This document shows, one piece after another, positions 6,864-14,486 of a DNA stretch of 14,486 bases (the stretch's first letter is position 1; each line of letters begins with the position of its first letter). The DNA is from an uncultured Chloroflexus sp. (GTDB taxonomy: Bacteria > Chloroflexota > Anaerolineae > Anaerolineales > Villigracilaceae), in NCBI GenBank assembly GCA_964618215.1, contig CAZTZE010000064.1, positions 1 to 14,486 on the forward strand. Direction: 5' to 3'. The translations under genes were made by a program, and so were the position numbers. The notes beneath the pieces are model-generated. The model was given only the letters and a program-made list of their open reading frames with translations, had not been told where the DNA came from and did no database searches.

Positions 6864-7611
6864 CTATCCACCTTTGGATTGCGCGATCAATTGCCTCATT
6901 CCTGCTTATGGTCGGTTCTCTTTCGATTTCAAACGCGATTAATCTTTTGGAGAGATTAACCTCACCTTTGGCCATATTGAGTAGTACCTGGTAAGGTTCT
7001 TCTTTCGTTTCCGTAGGCCATGATGGAGGTGGCGATGGTTTAAATGGCGACTCTGGTGCAGGTTCTTCAGTCCCCAGTTGGCCGGGTGTAGATGGCGCAG
7101 AACGCCGGATAAAGTCCGGCAACCTGGCTAGTATCCAGTCCAACCGATTTAGCAGGAACTCGTGGCAGCGTTCACGATTTTCATATCGGCCTGTATGTTC
7201 TGAATCTTCTGCGATCCACTTGAGGATAGCTACAGCATTACGCAATTCATCACAACAATCTTCCTGACGGTTAGCGCCAAAATAAATGATACCCCGTATC
7301 CAGTGCGCCATCCCTCGATCCCACTCTTTCGTAATATTAAGGATGTCAAATCCGACTAAAGCTTCGTCAATACATTGCACCGCCTCTGGCCATTTGTATA
7401 ATTCAGCGTAAGCACAAGCCTGGAATAGAGAGAGATATGACTTCAATATCAATTTTCTGGCGGAGCGGTGTTTTTCTTCTTCCAGCTCCGCGATGATCTG
7501 TTCTGCGCCAGTTTCGCTTGTGCAGGTGGTCAGTACTCTTTGGCGCATTCTCAGCAAAGGTTCTTCCTCAATTCTCAGACTTCTAACAATATCCGCAAAT
7601 TCCTCCCGCAT
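6850..7611 (-). CDS. Hypothetical two-domain protein: an N-terminal helical (TPR-like?) domain of about 165 aa, a Pro/Ser/Thr/Glu-rich linker, and a C-terminal module of about 47 aa; third gene of the AT-rich SPFH island
   Basis: 253 aa, with SD AAGGAGAA 6 nt before the ATG at 7611. Its stop, TGA at 6850-6852, overlaps the psuG start by 14 nt. Codon usage and GC match the two upstream SPFH genes rather than psuG. I recognise no family; the C-terminus (KRLIAFEIEREPTISRNEAIDRAIQRWI) has a beta-strand-plus-helix look. Confidence 0.6.
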   Translation of the reverse strand: MREEFADIVRSLRIEEEPLLRMRQRVLTTCTSETGAEQIIAELEEEKHRSARKLILKSYLSLFQACAYAELYKWPEAVQCIDEALVGFDILNITKEWDRGMAHWIRGIIYFGANRQEDCCDELRNAVAILKWIAEDSEHTGRYENRERCHEFLLNRLDWILARLPDFIRRSAPSTPGQLGTEEPAPESPFKPSPPPSWPTETKEEPYQVLLNMAKGEVNLSKRLIAFEIEREPTISRNEAIDRAIQRWIDDNR

Positions 7612-7649
7612 ATTTTATTCTCCTTCGAAAGTTCTCTTTTGAGAGGTCA

Positions 7650-8990
7650 CTAAAGCACTCTAAGTCTTTGAAGTGTAATCAGAGCTTCATCTGTCATATA
7701 AGACTGGACTAATGGATCCCCAATACTTTGATCGAGAATTCCCCCTAAATATAACAGGAGAGAATCGGGATCAGGCCCAATGCGGGCCAACTCCCTGGCT
7801 ATTGCCATGATCAGATTATTTTGTGCGTCTGCTCGCGCTTCCTCAAAGGCGCGAATCTGAAAAGCCTCCGCTGCTCCCCCTGTCCGAATGATGATACGCT
7901 GCTTTTCGGCCGCCCAATTGCGCAAACGTTGCTGTTTGACAGCCATGGGCATGCTCACATCCAAGATCTGCAGGCTGGTGGCTTGAATACCGCGACTCCG
8001 GAGGGCGTTATTTATATTACTACGGAGGTTGTTCCCAACCTGTGGAGAGAGTATTTGTCCAGCGCCTCTATCCGCTAGAAATAGTTCATCCAGAAGATGT
8101 CGAGATACATGGGCGGCGATGATGCCCCGCGCCATCCCCCACGCGCCGTCAACCCAATCCGAATCTTCAAGTGTGTCTTCAACCCGGTTATAGCGGGAAG
8201 CAGTGTATTCCACTGCGTGGCGCACAGCCAGCGGATCGAAAGGATAGACGAGTTTCTCAGAAGAGGATCTGAAGCTCGCCACCGTTCCTATTTGGTATAC
8301 CAGGCGCACCTTAATTTTGATTTTGATGCCGTCTTTTGTCCAGGCGTTGACATCTCCTGTTTTGATTTGTGGTTTCAAGTCCACCACTGCCTTGACAGTC
8401 TCATACCAATCCAGAAACGCTACAGGCATACCGGGGCCGACAACCCGCGAGAATTGATTCCCGCGTTCCAGATAAAGCGCATTCCCGTCCGTAATTATCA
8501 AGAGAGCCGGGCCGCCCAACCATTCTATCCAACAATTCTCCGGCTTTATTTTTCCATCCTGGATCAGCGCAAATGGGAAACTCCAGATACCATCTAATAC
8601 TGGCGGTAATGGAGGAACGCCAAGAAGACGTCTCCGGATCAAGGTGTGCGGTTTAAGTTTTAGTTCTTTGGGCGGTTTATAAAAATCTTTGCAGAAAATA
8701 GTTGAGATACGGATCGGGAGGATAAAAGAAAGAAGCCCGAATAAGATCGGCAATGCGATTAGCGTAATGCTTATGAGTGAAAACCAATTATTACTTGATA
8801 ATCCTTTGGAAACTATATTAAGCCAATCCCTGGCATCAAAAATATAAACAATATAAGCAAAGGAAATAAAGAGGCCGATAGATAATGGGGTGAATATCCA
8901 GAAGATGTTCTTGAGGGAATTCCATCGGGAACGCTCGCTAGTATATAAGCCCTGCCAGGTAGTTGGATAATTTGTGATTGGGGTTGGCAT
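7650..8990 (-). CDS. SPFH/band-7 domain membrane protein (stomatin/prohibitin/flotillin/HflK-C superfamily) with two N-terminal TM helices
   Basis: 446 aa. The TMs are IFWIFTPLSIGLFISFAYIVYIF and FSLISITLIALPILFGLLSFILPI. The SPFH core, 'ALLIITDGNALYLERGNQFSRVVGPGMPVAFLDWYETVKAVVDLKPQIKTGDVNAWTKDGIKIKIKVRLVYQI', fits the conserved E-R/GPG/VDLR-Q/TKD/V-VD/Y-I-D pattern. It is followed by the Ala/Glu-rich helical region typical of the family ('IIIRTGGAAEAFQIRAFEEARADAQNNL'). The start ATG sits 5 nt after the upstream gene's stop, with SD AAGGA inside that gene. Confidence 0.75.
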   Translation of the reverse strand: MPTPITNYPTTWQGLYTSERSRWNSLKNIFWIFTPLSIGLFISFAYIVYIFDARDWLNIVSKGLSSNNWFSLISITLIALPILFGLLSFILPIRISTIFCKDFYKPPKELKLKPHTLIRRRLLGVPPLPPVLDGIWSFPFALIQDGKIKPENCWIEWLGGPALLIITDGNALYLERGNQFSRVVGPGMPVAFLDWYETVKAVVDLKPQIKTGDVNAWTKDGIKIKIKVRLVYQIGTVASFRSSSEKLVYPFDPLAVRHAVEYTASRYNRVEDTLEDSDWVDGAWGMARGIIAAHVSRHLLDELFLADRGAGQILSPQVGNNLRSNINNALRSRGIQATSLQILDVSMPMAVKQQRLRNWAAEKQRIIIRTGGAAEAFQIRAFEEARADAQNNLIMAIARELARIGPDPDSLLLYLGGILDQSIGDPLVQSYMTDEALITLQRLRVL

Positions 8991-8995
8991 AACGA

Positions 8996-10753
8996 TCAGT
9001 CCTTGCTCATTTCAGATGGCATCCGCAGTCTGATCTCACGGATATACTGACGAAACCATTCGTTTAACTTGCTGCCTTCCGCTTGCTGTCGGATCAACTC
9101 CTCCAGCGCCCCAATGAAATGCATGCCAACCACATAGCGGCTGAACCCGAGGGTAGGATTAAGCGTTCTTGCTTGATTTAAGCCATCAACAATTCTGTTG
9201 AGTAGAACAGAATGAGCGTAGGCACGCGCCCTTTGCCTCAGAAGTTCTGCATCCGCTTCTCCCTGGGCGTGTGCCTGAACGACTTCCTGCTCCCAGTCGG
9301 CGCACCAACTGGCAATTTGCTGGGTTCGCACTTTGTCTTCTTCGCCCGTTGTCTTCTCTGCGAAAATTAGATCTACGATCCGGCAAGTGTACAACCGTAT
9401 TCCCCATAGCTGAAGGCGATACCTGGCCTCAGTCTCGATCACACTTGCGATTTCATCAATCGAATTGACACCGCTTAGATCGTAATTCGGTCGCCATAAT
9501 TCGTCCAGCCGGTATTGGGATAACACGGTATTTGCCGTGTTTTCTATCTGGTAAACGACCCTTTCGTCCCAATATACTATCGGGCGTTTTGAATCATCGG
9601 ATGCAGGTTCCACCTCATCTTTGGACTTTACGCCGGTCGCAGCGAAAGTGGCGCGTATCCGCACTCGAGAAAAAGGAAAGCTCCCCTCGCTGTAATCCGG
9701 AATCATTCCCCTCCTCAAGGTTGGATTCTCATGACATAATTGGTTATACAATCTGTGCGGCCATCTATCCTTATCCACAGCAAACGCCGCGAAAAAGATT
9801 ACTTTCAGAGGAACGCCGTCCTTCGAGACCGACCCAATCAAGGTGGTTCGCAGTTGTGTCCGTAGATCAATTACTTCCTGCGGGCGCTCGTAAGGACGTG
9901 TGAAAGTAACACCGGGATTACAGACACGAGCAAATTGTATGCCTGTAGTCAATCCGGCGACTTGATGAGAGCGTGTCCAAATCAAGCCAGGAACTCCATA
10001 AAGATTAAAGGCGCTCCCATCAATTCGTGTCTCGATTTTACGACCAGCATTGTCGCTTACTACGAGCAGGGGATACTGAAGTCCCCACATATACCAGCAA
10101 AGCACAAAGAACCGCTGCCATCGCTCGCCGAATATTTTCTCAACAACAGCTCTCCAGCGACTTTGCTTGGCTAAGTCAATACGCTCCTTTAAACGTTTAT
10201 CCTCTCCGTTAAAGGCAACATCCGGGTTTCTTATATAGCTAAAGAGGTTCTTGAAAACGTTTCCGGAAGCATCTGGATCAGATGCTGGAACGACCACGAC
10301 GGCTATGCGGTATATAGAATAATAGAACATTACCATAATAGGCAGTGATATGAATAACATACCTGACCAGCGATCTAACCACCAGCCAAAAAAAAGAATG
10401 CTGAGATGTCCCCACATTGAATAGATGCCCCGCCGCCCCCCATACTTGCGGCTTAGAAAATAGATTACAACGCTTGAACCTAGAAATAATACAATCCAGC
10501 GAAGGATAGGCGCCATTTCTAGTTTTGAAGCCCATGATGCAATCCATAGTGGAAGGTGCCAGATGAGTAATACAATGATTACTTCTTCGAAAAGAAATGT
10601 GACCCCCAGAAACAGACATCTTTGAAACCCCTCTTCGCGTATTGACCAGATGTAGAATATCGCAGCGCCGACGAGTACAAAAATGGCGACATATGGCAGA
10701 GCTGCGTCCAATGTGTCATTGAAGATGTCAATGGCCTTGATGATGACTTCCAT
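8996..10753 (-). CDS. Large polytopic SPFH/band-7 domain membrane protein: about 5-6 N-terminal TM helices, then the SPFH core, then an Ala/Glu-rich helical region
   Basis: 585 aa. Several hydrophobic helices occupy residues ~20-160, with one more (FFVLCWYMWGLQYPLLVV) immediately before the SPFH core 'GLTTGIQFARVCNPGVTFTRPYERPQEVIDLRTQLRTTLIGSVSKDGVPLKVIFFAAFAVDKD'. The C-terminal 'AHAQGEADAELLRQRARAYAHSVLL' matches the HflK/C and stomatin C-terminal motif. It is a paralogue of the downstream gene. Confidence 0.75.
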   Translation of the reverse strand: MEVIIKAIDIFNDTLDAALPYVAIFVLVGAAIFYIWSIREEGFQRCLFLGVTFLFEEVIIVLLIWHLPLWIASWASKLEMAPILRWIVLFLGSSVVIYFLSRKYGGRRGIYSMWGHLSILFFGWWLDRWSGMLFISLPIMVMFYYSIYRIAVVVVPASDPDASGNVFKNLFSYIRNPDVAFNGEDKRLKERIDLAKQSRWRAVVEKIFGERWQRFFVLCWYMWGLQYPLLVVSDNAGRKIETRIDGSAFNLYGVPGLIWTRSHQVAGLTTGIQFARVCNPGVTFTRPYERPQEVIDLRTQLRTTLIGSVSKDGVPLKVIFFAAFAVDKDRWPHRLYNQLCHENPTLRRGMIPDYSEGSFPFSRVRIRATFAATGVKSKDEVEPASDDSKRPIVYWDERVVYQIENTANTVLSQYRLDELWRPNYDLSGVNSIDEIASVIETEARYRLQLWGIRLYTCRIVDLIFAEKTTGEEDKVRTQQIASWCADWEQEVVQAHAQGEADAELLRQRARAYAHSVLLNRIVDGLNQARTLNPTLGFSRYVVGMHFIGALEELIRQQAEGSKLNEWFRQYIREIRLRMPSEMSKD

Positions 10754-10821
10754 TGTCAGTCTGATCTCCGCCTGGAATGTTTTTAGCTCTCCGGATATTT
10801 TCCGTTCGTTATTACAGGGTC

Positions 10822-10851
10822 AGTATATACTTTTATGCGCGGCTTTGTCAA
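10822..10851 (-). promoter_or_regulatory. Near-consensus sigma70-type promoter for the SPFH-psuG operon on the minus strand: -35 TTGACA (10851 to 10846), 18-nt spacer, -10 TATACT (10827 to 10822)
   Basis: Found by reading the reverse complement of 10800-10860. The -35 is perfect and the -10 is a 5/6 match. The predicted TSS lies about 60 nt upstream of the ATG at 10753. Confidence 0.5.
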
Positions 10852-11254
10852 GAACCCTTGCCGGGGGGTGTTGGGTAGCCAGCGCAAGGTTCAATAATCT
10901 TCGAAAACGCCGAAAGCCTTGCGTGCCGGGCAAATTTAACCGCGAAGAACGCCAAGTTCGCGAAGTTTTTCAAGGTTTCTTTGCGTTCTTTGCGCTCTTC
11001 GCGGTTCAAAAAATGCAGGCGCGCTAGCCACCACGGTTAAGTGCAGTCTTGCCCGTCTCCGAAAAAAGGCCTACATTAGACATTATCTGTAATAAAAGCT
11101 GAACGCTGATTCACGCTGCCTGCCCTGGCGGGCTAGGCCAGGGAAAACGCAGATTTTAAGAAGTTGAATCAGCATTTATCAGCGTCCAAATCAAGGTTTT
11201 ACTTATTACGAATAAAGTCCATTGACGAACTCTAAAATCGCGTCAAAAACCAGG

Positions 11255-12751
11255 TCACGAAAAATCGGACGGGGCGCGATCAAACCAGGGTTGAGCGCGC
11301 TCGAGCTGGCCGGCCAGTCGGAAGAGAGTGGCCTCGTCGCCAAAACGACCGACGAAGTGCATACCGATGGGCAGCCCGGCTTCATTCCAATACAGAGGCG
11401 CCGACATCGCTGGCTGGCCGCTTGCATTGAAGATTGGTGTATAGGGCATGAAATCGAATGTCTTGTTGGCCAAGGGCTTGATTATGCCAAGCGCATTCAG
11501 CAGCCAGGCAGCATTGAGCCGGCCGACCAGTCCCACCATGAACCGCTCTGCACCTGTGGGCTGCAACGAGCCTGTCAGCACAGGGGGTTGAGAGAGAGTC
11601 GGGGTCAGCAGGACGTCATAACCTTCGAAGAAGCGGCCCACCTCACGCGCCGAGGCCATTAGATAGTTCAATGCATTGGCGTATTTGCCGGCGCTGAAGG
11701 CCTGCCCCAGCAGAGCCAGCGCGCTTGTGCCAGTTTCGAAGTCAGCATAAGATGACTTGCGCCCGGCCAGGCCTGCGGCCCAATCAATCTCGTCGCGCGT
11801 CTCGGCCGCCACCATTGTCATAAATGCAATGGCAAACGCCTCTCTGTCAATCTGCGGCGCGGCTTCTACTAGTTCGTGGCCCAACTGCTCCAGCAAGTGA
11901 ACAGTGGCTTCCAACCCTTTCCGGCAATCTTCGTGGACAGCATGGCCGAGGAAAGGGTGCGCAGTGAAGGCGATGCACAGGCGGCCCGGCTCTGTGGTCA
12001 CTTCCTGCAAATAGGGGCGCTGCGGCGCTGGGGCATAGTAAGGCGCGCCTACATCCGGCCCGGCGATGGCGTCCAGCATGGCGGCGCTGTCGCGTACCGA
12101 GCGGGTGAGGACGTGTTCCTGGGCAAATCCGCGCCAGATATCGCCAACATCCGGACCCGTTGGAGTGCGGCCGCGGGTGGGCTTCAGTCCAAATATTCCA
12201 CAACAGGAGGCTGGGATACGGATTGACCCGCCTCCGTCGGCGCCGCCTGCCAGGGGTACCAGGCGGGCCGCCACAGCCGCCGCGGAGCCGCCGCTGGAAC
12301 CGCCGGGTGTCCGCGTCAGGTCCCATGGATTGTTGGTTGGGCCGAAAGCTTCAGGCTCAGTATAGGGCAGTAGGCTGAATTCAGGGACATTGGTCTTGCC
12401 GAGCAGGATAACGCCCGCAGCCCGGTAGCGGCGCACAATTTCACTGTCGTGCGGCTGGGGGATGTCCTTCAAGATGCGCGTCCCACAGCTCGTCGGCGCG
12501 CCTTTGACGGTAGCGTGCATGTCCTTTAGAAGGAAGGGCACACCCTTGAATGGCCCGTCGGGCAAGTCGCCTTTTGCCGCCGCGCGCGCCTGCGCATACA
12601 TTTTATAGATGACGGCATTGATCTTGGGATTATGCGCCTCAATGCGGCTGATCGCCTCTTCGATCACATCCGCGGCCGAGATCTGTTTTGTCTTCACCAG
12701 TTCGGCAAGGCCCAGACCATCGTACTTGTGGAATTCAGGGAAGGTGTTCAT
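11255..12751 (-). CDS. Amidase (amidase-signature family; GatA- or Asp-tRNA amidotransferase-like, or general amidase)
   Basis: Contains the AS-family signature '[13 protein letters not shown]', the catalytic Ser-cisSer-Lys context ('[13 protein letters not shown]', '[26 protein letters not shown]'), and other family-typical motifs ('GKTNVPEF', 'TNNPWDL'). The start at M18 (12751) has SD GAGGAG about 4 nt upstream; the longer ORF-track start at 12802 has no SD. Confidence 0.9.
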   Translation of the reverse strand: MNTFPEFHKYDGLGLAELVKTKQISAADVIEEAISRIEAHNPKINAVIYKMYAQARAAAKGDLPDGPFKGVPFLLKDMHATVKGAPTSCGTRILKDIPQPHDSEIVRRYRAAGVILLGKTNVPEFSLLPYTEPEAFGPTNNPWDLTRTPGGSSGGSAAAVAARLVPLAGGADGGGSIRIPASCCGIFGLKPTRGRTPTGPDVGDIWRGFAQEHVLTRSVRDSAAMLDAIAGPDVGAPYYAPAPQRPYLQEVTTEPGRLCIAFTAHPFLGHAVHEDCRKGLEATVHLLEQLGHELVEAAPQIDREAFAIAFMTMVAAETRDEIDWAAGLAGRKSSYADFETGTSALALLGQAFSAGKYANALNYLMASAREVGRFFEGYDVLLTPTLSQPPVLTGSLQPTGAERFMVGLVGRLNAAWLLNALGIIKPLANKTFDFMPYTPIFNASGQPAMSAPLYWNEAGLPIGMHFVGRFGDEATLFRLAGQLERAQPWFDRAPSDFS

Positions 12752-12849
12752 AGGCTCCTCTTGGAAATCCAGCTCGAAAGGGTTGCTCCCCGCTGGGGTC
12801 ATTGCCCGGCGGGACGCTTTATTTTAACGGTCAACGGCTTGGCTCAGCG

Positions 12850-14486
12850 GCAGCGGCGGGACTGGCGAGACGCCTAACCAATTATGCACCATTTCTGGCA
12901 AATCGCGCCTGCGCGGAGCGGCAGAGCCGCTGTCCGACTGGAGCCGGTGTTACTAGAATGTACCTGCGTTGGGGCGTGGCGGGTGGTATCCTTGGGCTGA
13001 CCGAGCACCGGGGATGCCAACCGGGGCAGGAGCATCCGGGCGGACCGACGCGGCCTATGGGAGAGAGAGTAGTCTCACCCCGAGTTGTTACTTGGTCGCC
13101 CGGTGGATTCTCGTCTGGGCCACGAGCCCGAATCGGTGTTTGCGACTTCTGCCCGAAAATCCACGCCCCAACCACAAGTTCAAGGAGAGTGTAGCATGGA
13201 AGATGAACAAAAAGCAAGTACCAATCGTTACATCGCCCTGGATATCCACAAGTATTATTCGGTGGTGGCCGGGGTGAACCGGGATGGGGAGGAGATCCTG
13301 CCGCCTTGCCGGGTGGAGCACCTGAACCTGGAGGACTGGCTGGGGAAGCACTTGCTGCCCAGCGACCGGGTGGTGATCGAATCGACGACCAACGCCTGGC
13401 ACGTGTATGACTTGCTGGAGCCGCTGGTGGCCGAAGTATTGGTGGCCAACCCGATCAAGGTGAAGCAGATTGCCTGTGCGCGGGTGAAGACCGACAATAA
13501 GGACACCTTGATCCTGGCGCGGCTCTTGGCTGCGAACCTGGTGCCGACGGTATGGGTGCCTCCGAAGCACGTGCGCGAACTGCGGCAATTCATCTCGCAC
13601 CGGCGGCGGTTGGCCAACATGCACACGCAAGTTGTGAACCGGATGCACAGTGTCGCACACCGGCACCATCTCAGTCACCCAAAAGGGAAGGATTTTCAGC
13701 CGAAGAACACAGGGTGGCAGCGGGATGAAAGTTTGTCCAGCCTGGAGAAGTTGCAATTGGAACTGGACATGGCAACGCGTGCGCACCTGGAAGAACAGAT
13801 GGAGCGGATGACGCGGGAGTTGGGGCGGATGAGCCACGAAGAGCCGTGGGCGAGCGACATGCTGTATCTGATGCAGATCCCCGGCTGTGGCGTGGTGACA
13901 GGCATGACGATCATGGCGGCCATTGGAGACATCACCCGCTTCGAGAACCCGAAAGCGTTGGCGAGTTATTCGGGACTGACGCCCGGGTTGGAGCAGAGCG
14001 GGGTGAAGGTGCGCGGCAAAGGGATCACGAAGGAAGGGCGGCGGGAGTTGCGCTGGGCGCTGGTGGAAGTGGCCTGGCGAGCAGTGAAGGCCGATCCGCA
14101 CTGGAAGCGGCTTTTCGAAGAACTGAAAAGACGCATGCACCCCAACCAGGCAATTGTGACCATCGCACATTACCTGCTGGTGGTAATCTGGTATGTGCTG
14201 ACAAAGCACGAACCCTACCGGCACTATTCACCGGAGCGGATCGCCTACAAGTACCTGACCTGGTCGTGGGCGCTGGACGAAGAGCAGCGGCAGGGAATGA
14301 CCCGCCCGCAGTTTGCGCGCTATTACCTGATGCGGCTGGGGATCGGGAACGATTTGAAACGTGTGGCCTTGAATCCGGAATTTCCGTACCGGTTGGCTTC
14401 TGTGGAGGAAGTCCTGGCGCTCAGGCCGGAGTTGCGGCCACCTGAGTAATCGGTAGTCTACTCTCTGGAAGAAACAAACAACCCCG
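12850..14486 (+). mobile_element. IS110-family insertion sequence, probably partial at the right end. The left-end coordinate is approximate; the right end lies at or beyond the window edge
   Basis: The element comprises a DEDD-type IS110 transposase gene preceded by a ~350-nt GC-rich structured non-coding region, which is the characteristic IS110 organisation; the family has no terminal inverted repeats. The boundaries cannot be fixed from sequence alone. Confidence 0.6.
13196..14449 (+). CDS. IS110-family transposase (DEDD/RuvC-like N-terminal domain plus C-terminal IS110-type domain)
   Basis: The N-terminal 'YIALDIHKYYSVVAG' is the family DxH motif equivalent to IGIDV(H/S)K. It has '...ARVKTDNKDTLILARLL' and the C-terminal 'IPGCGVVTGMTIMAAIGDITRFENPKALASYSGLTPGLEQSG' (IPGIG...AEIGDI.RF....L.AYAGL.P....SG). 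SD AAGGAGAG sits 6 nt before the ATG. The ORF-track start at 13085 is an upstream in-frame extension with no RBS. Confidence 0.9.
   Translation: MEDEQKASTNRYIALDIHKYYSVVAGVNRDGEEILPPCRVEHLNLEDWLGKHLLPSDRVVIESTTNAWHVYDLLEPLVAEVLVANPIKVKQIACARVKTDNKDTLILARLLAANLVPTVWVPPKHVRELRQFISHRRRLANMHTQVVNRMHSVAHRHHLSHPKGKDFQPKNTGWQRDESLSSLEKLQLELDMATRAHLEEQMERMTRELGRMSHEEPWASDMLYLMQIPGCGVVTGMTIMAAIGDITRFENPKALASYSGLTPGLEQSGVKVRGKGITKEGRRELRWALVEVAWRAVKADPHWKRLFEELKRRMHPNQAIVTIAHYLLVVIWYVLTKHEPYRHYSPERIAYKYLTWSWALDEEQRQGMTRPQFARYYLMRLGIGNDLKRVALNPEFPYRLASVEEVLALRPELRPPE

Noticed and set aside
6036-6942. Two + strand ORFs (233 aa and 212 aa) antisense to psuG
   Set aside because: They are fully contained within a well-supported PsuG gene on the opposite strand and have Arg/Gly-rich artefactual composition.
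11847-12378. ORFs on both strands inside the amidase gene (159, 116, 99 and 72 aa), very Arg/Pro-rich
   Set aside because: They are GC-rich-frame artefacts within a confidently assigned amidase-signature CDS.
12802-13194. 130-aa + ORF in the IS110 left end
   Set aside because: It lies in the structured non-coding left end, has no SD, its composition (Gly/Arg/Pro-rich) is a GC artefact, and it would overlap the amidase start.
13088-14224. 378-aa minus-strand ORF spanning the whole IS110 transposase gene
   Set aside because: It is antisense to a confidently identified transposase, Arg/His/Pro/Gln-rich with no motifs and no RBS. This is the typical open antisense frame of GC-rich coding DNA.

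Overview
This is a GC-rich (about 60% by eye) bacterial chromosomal segment. The gene content and style, including an archaeal-type isopentenyl phosphate kinase, Pro/Thr-rich linkers and strong Shine-Dalgarno sites, fit Chloroflexota, but this is a guess. In order along the window: a structured non-coding leader; an unknown two-TM membrane protein (+); a minus-strand dgt-greA pair sharing a bidirectional terminator with that gene; an isopentenyl phosphate kinase (-), with a 7-nt microsatellite between it and dgt that sits exactly where the dgt 5'UTR/RBS should be; a divergently transcribed membrane-anchored protein (+) with an 18-bp tandem coding repeat and a Pro/Thr-rich tail; a hotdog-fold thioesterase (+); a 300-nt convergent intergenic region full of hairpins and CGCCAAG/CTTGGCG motif clusters; and then a minus-strand operon. 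That operon is psuG (pseudouridine-5'-phosphate glycosidase), translationally coupled by a 14-nt stop/start overlap to a markedly AT-richer island of about 3.9 kb. The island encodes a 253-aa helical protein and two large, paralogous, polytopic SPFH/band-7 (HflK/C-, stomatin-, flotillin-like) membrane proteins, driven by a near-consensus sigma70-type promoter. This island is the most interesting candidate for an undescribed system. Beyond it lie an amidase-signature enzyme (-) and the left part of an IS110-family insertion sequence (DEDD transposase, +). Its roughly 350-nt upstream non-coding end is the expected location of a bridge/guide ncRNA. Several long ORFs antisense to real genes are artefacts of the high GC content.
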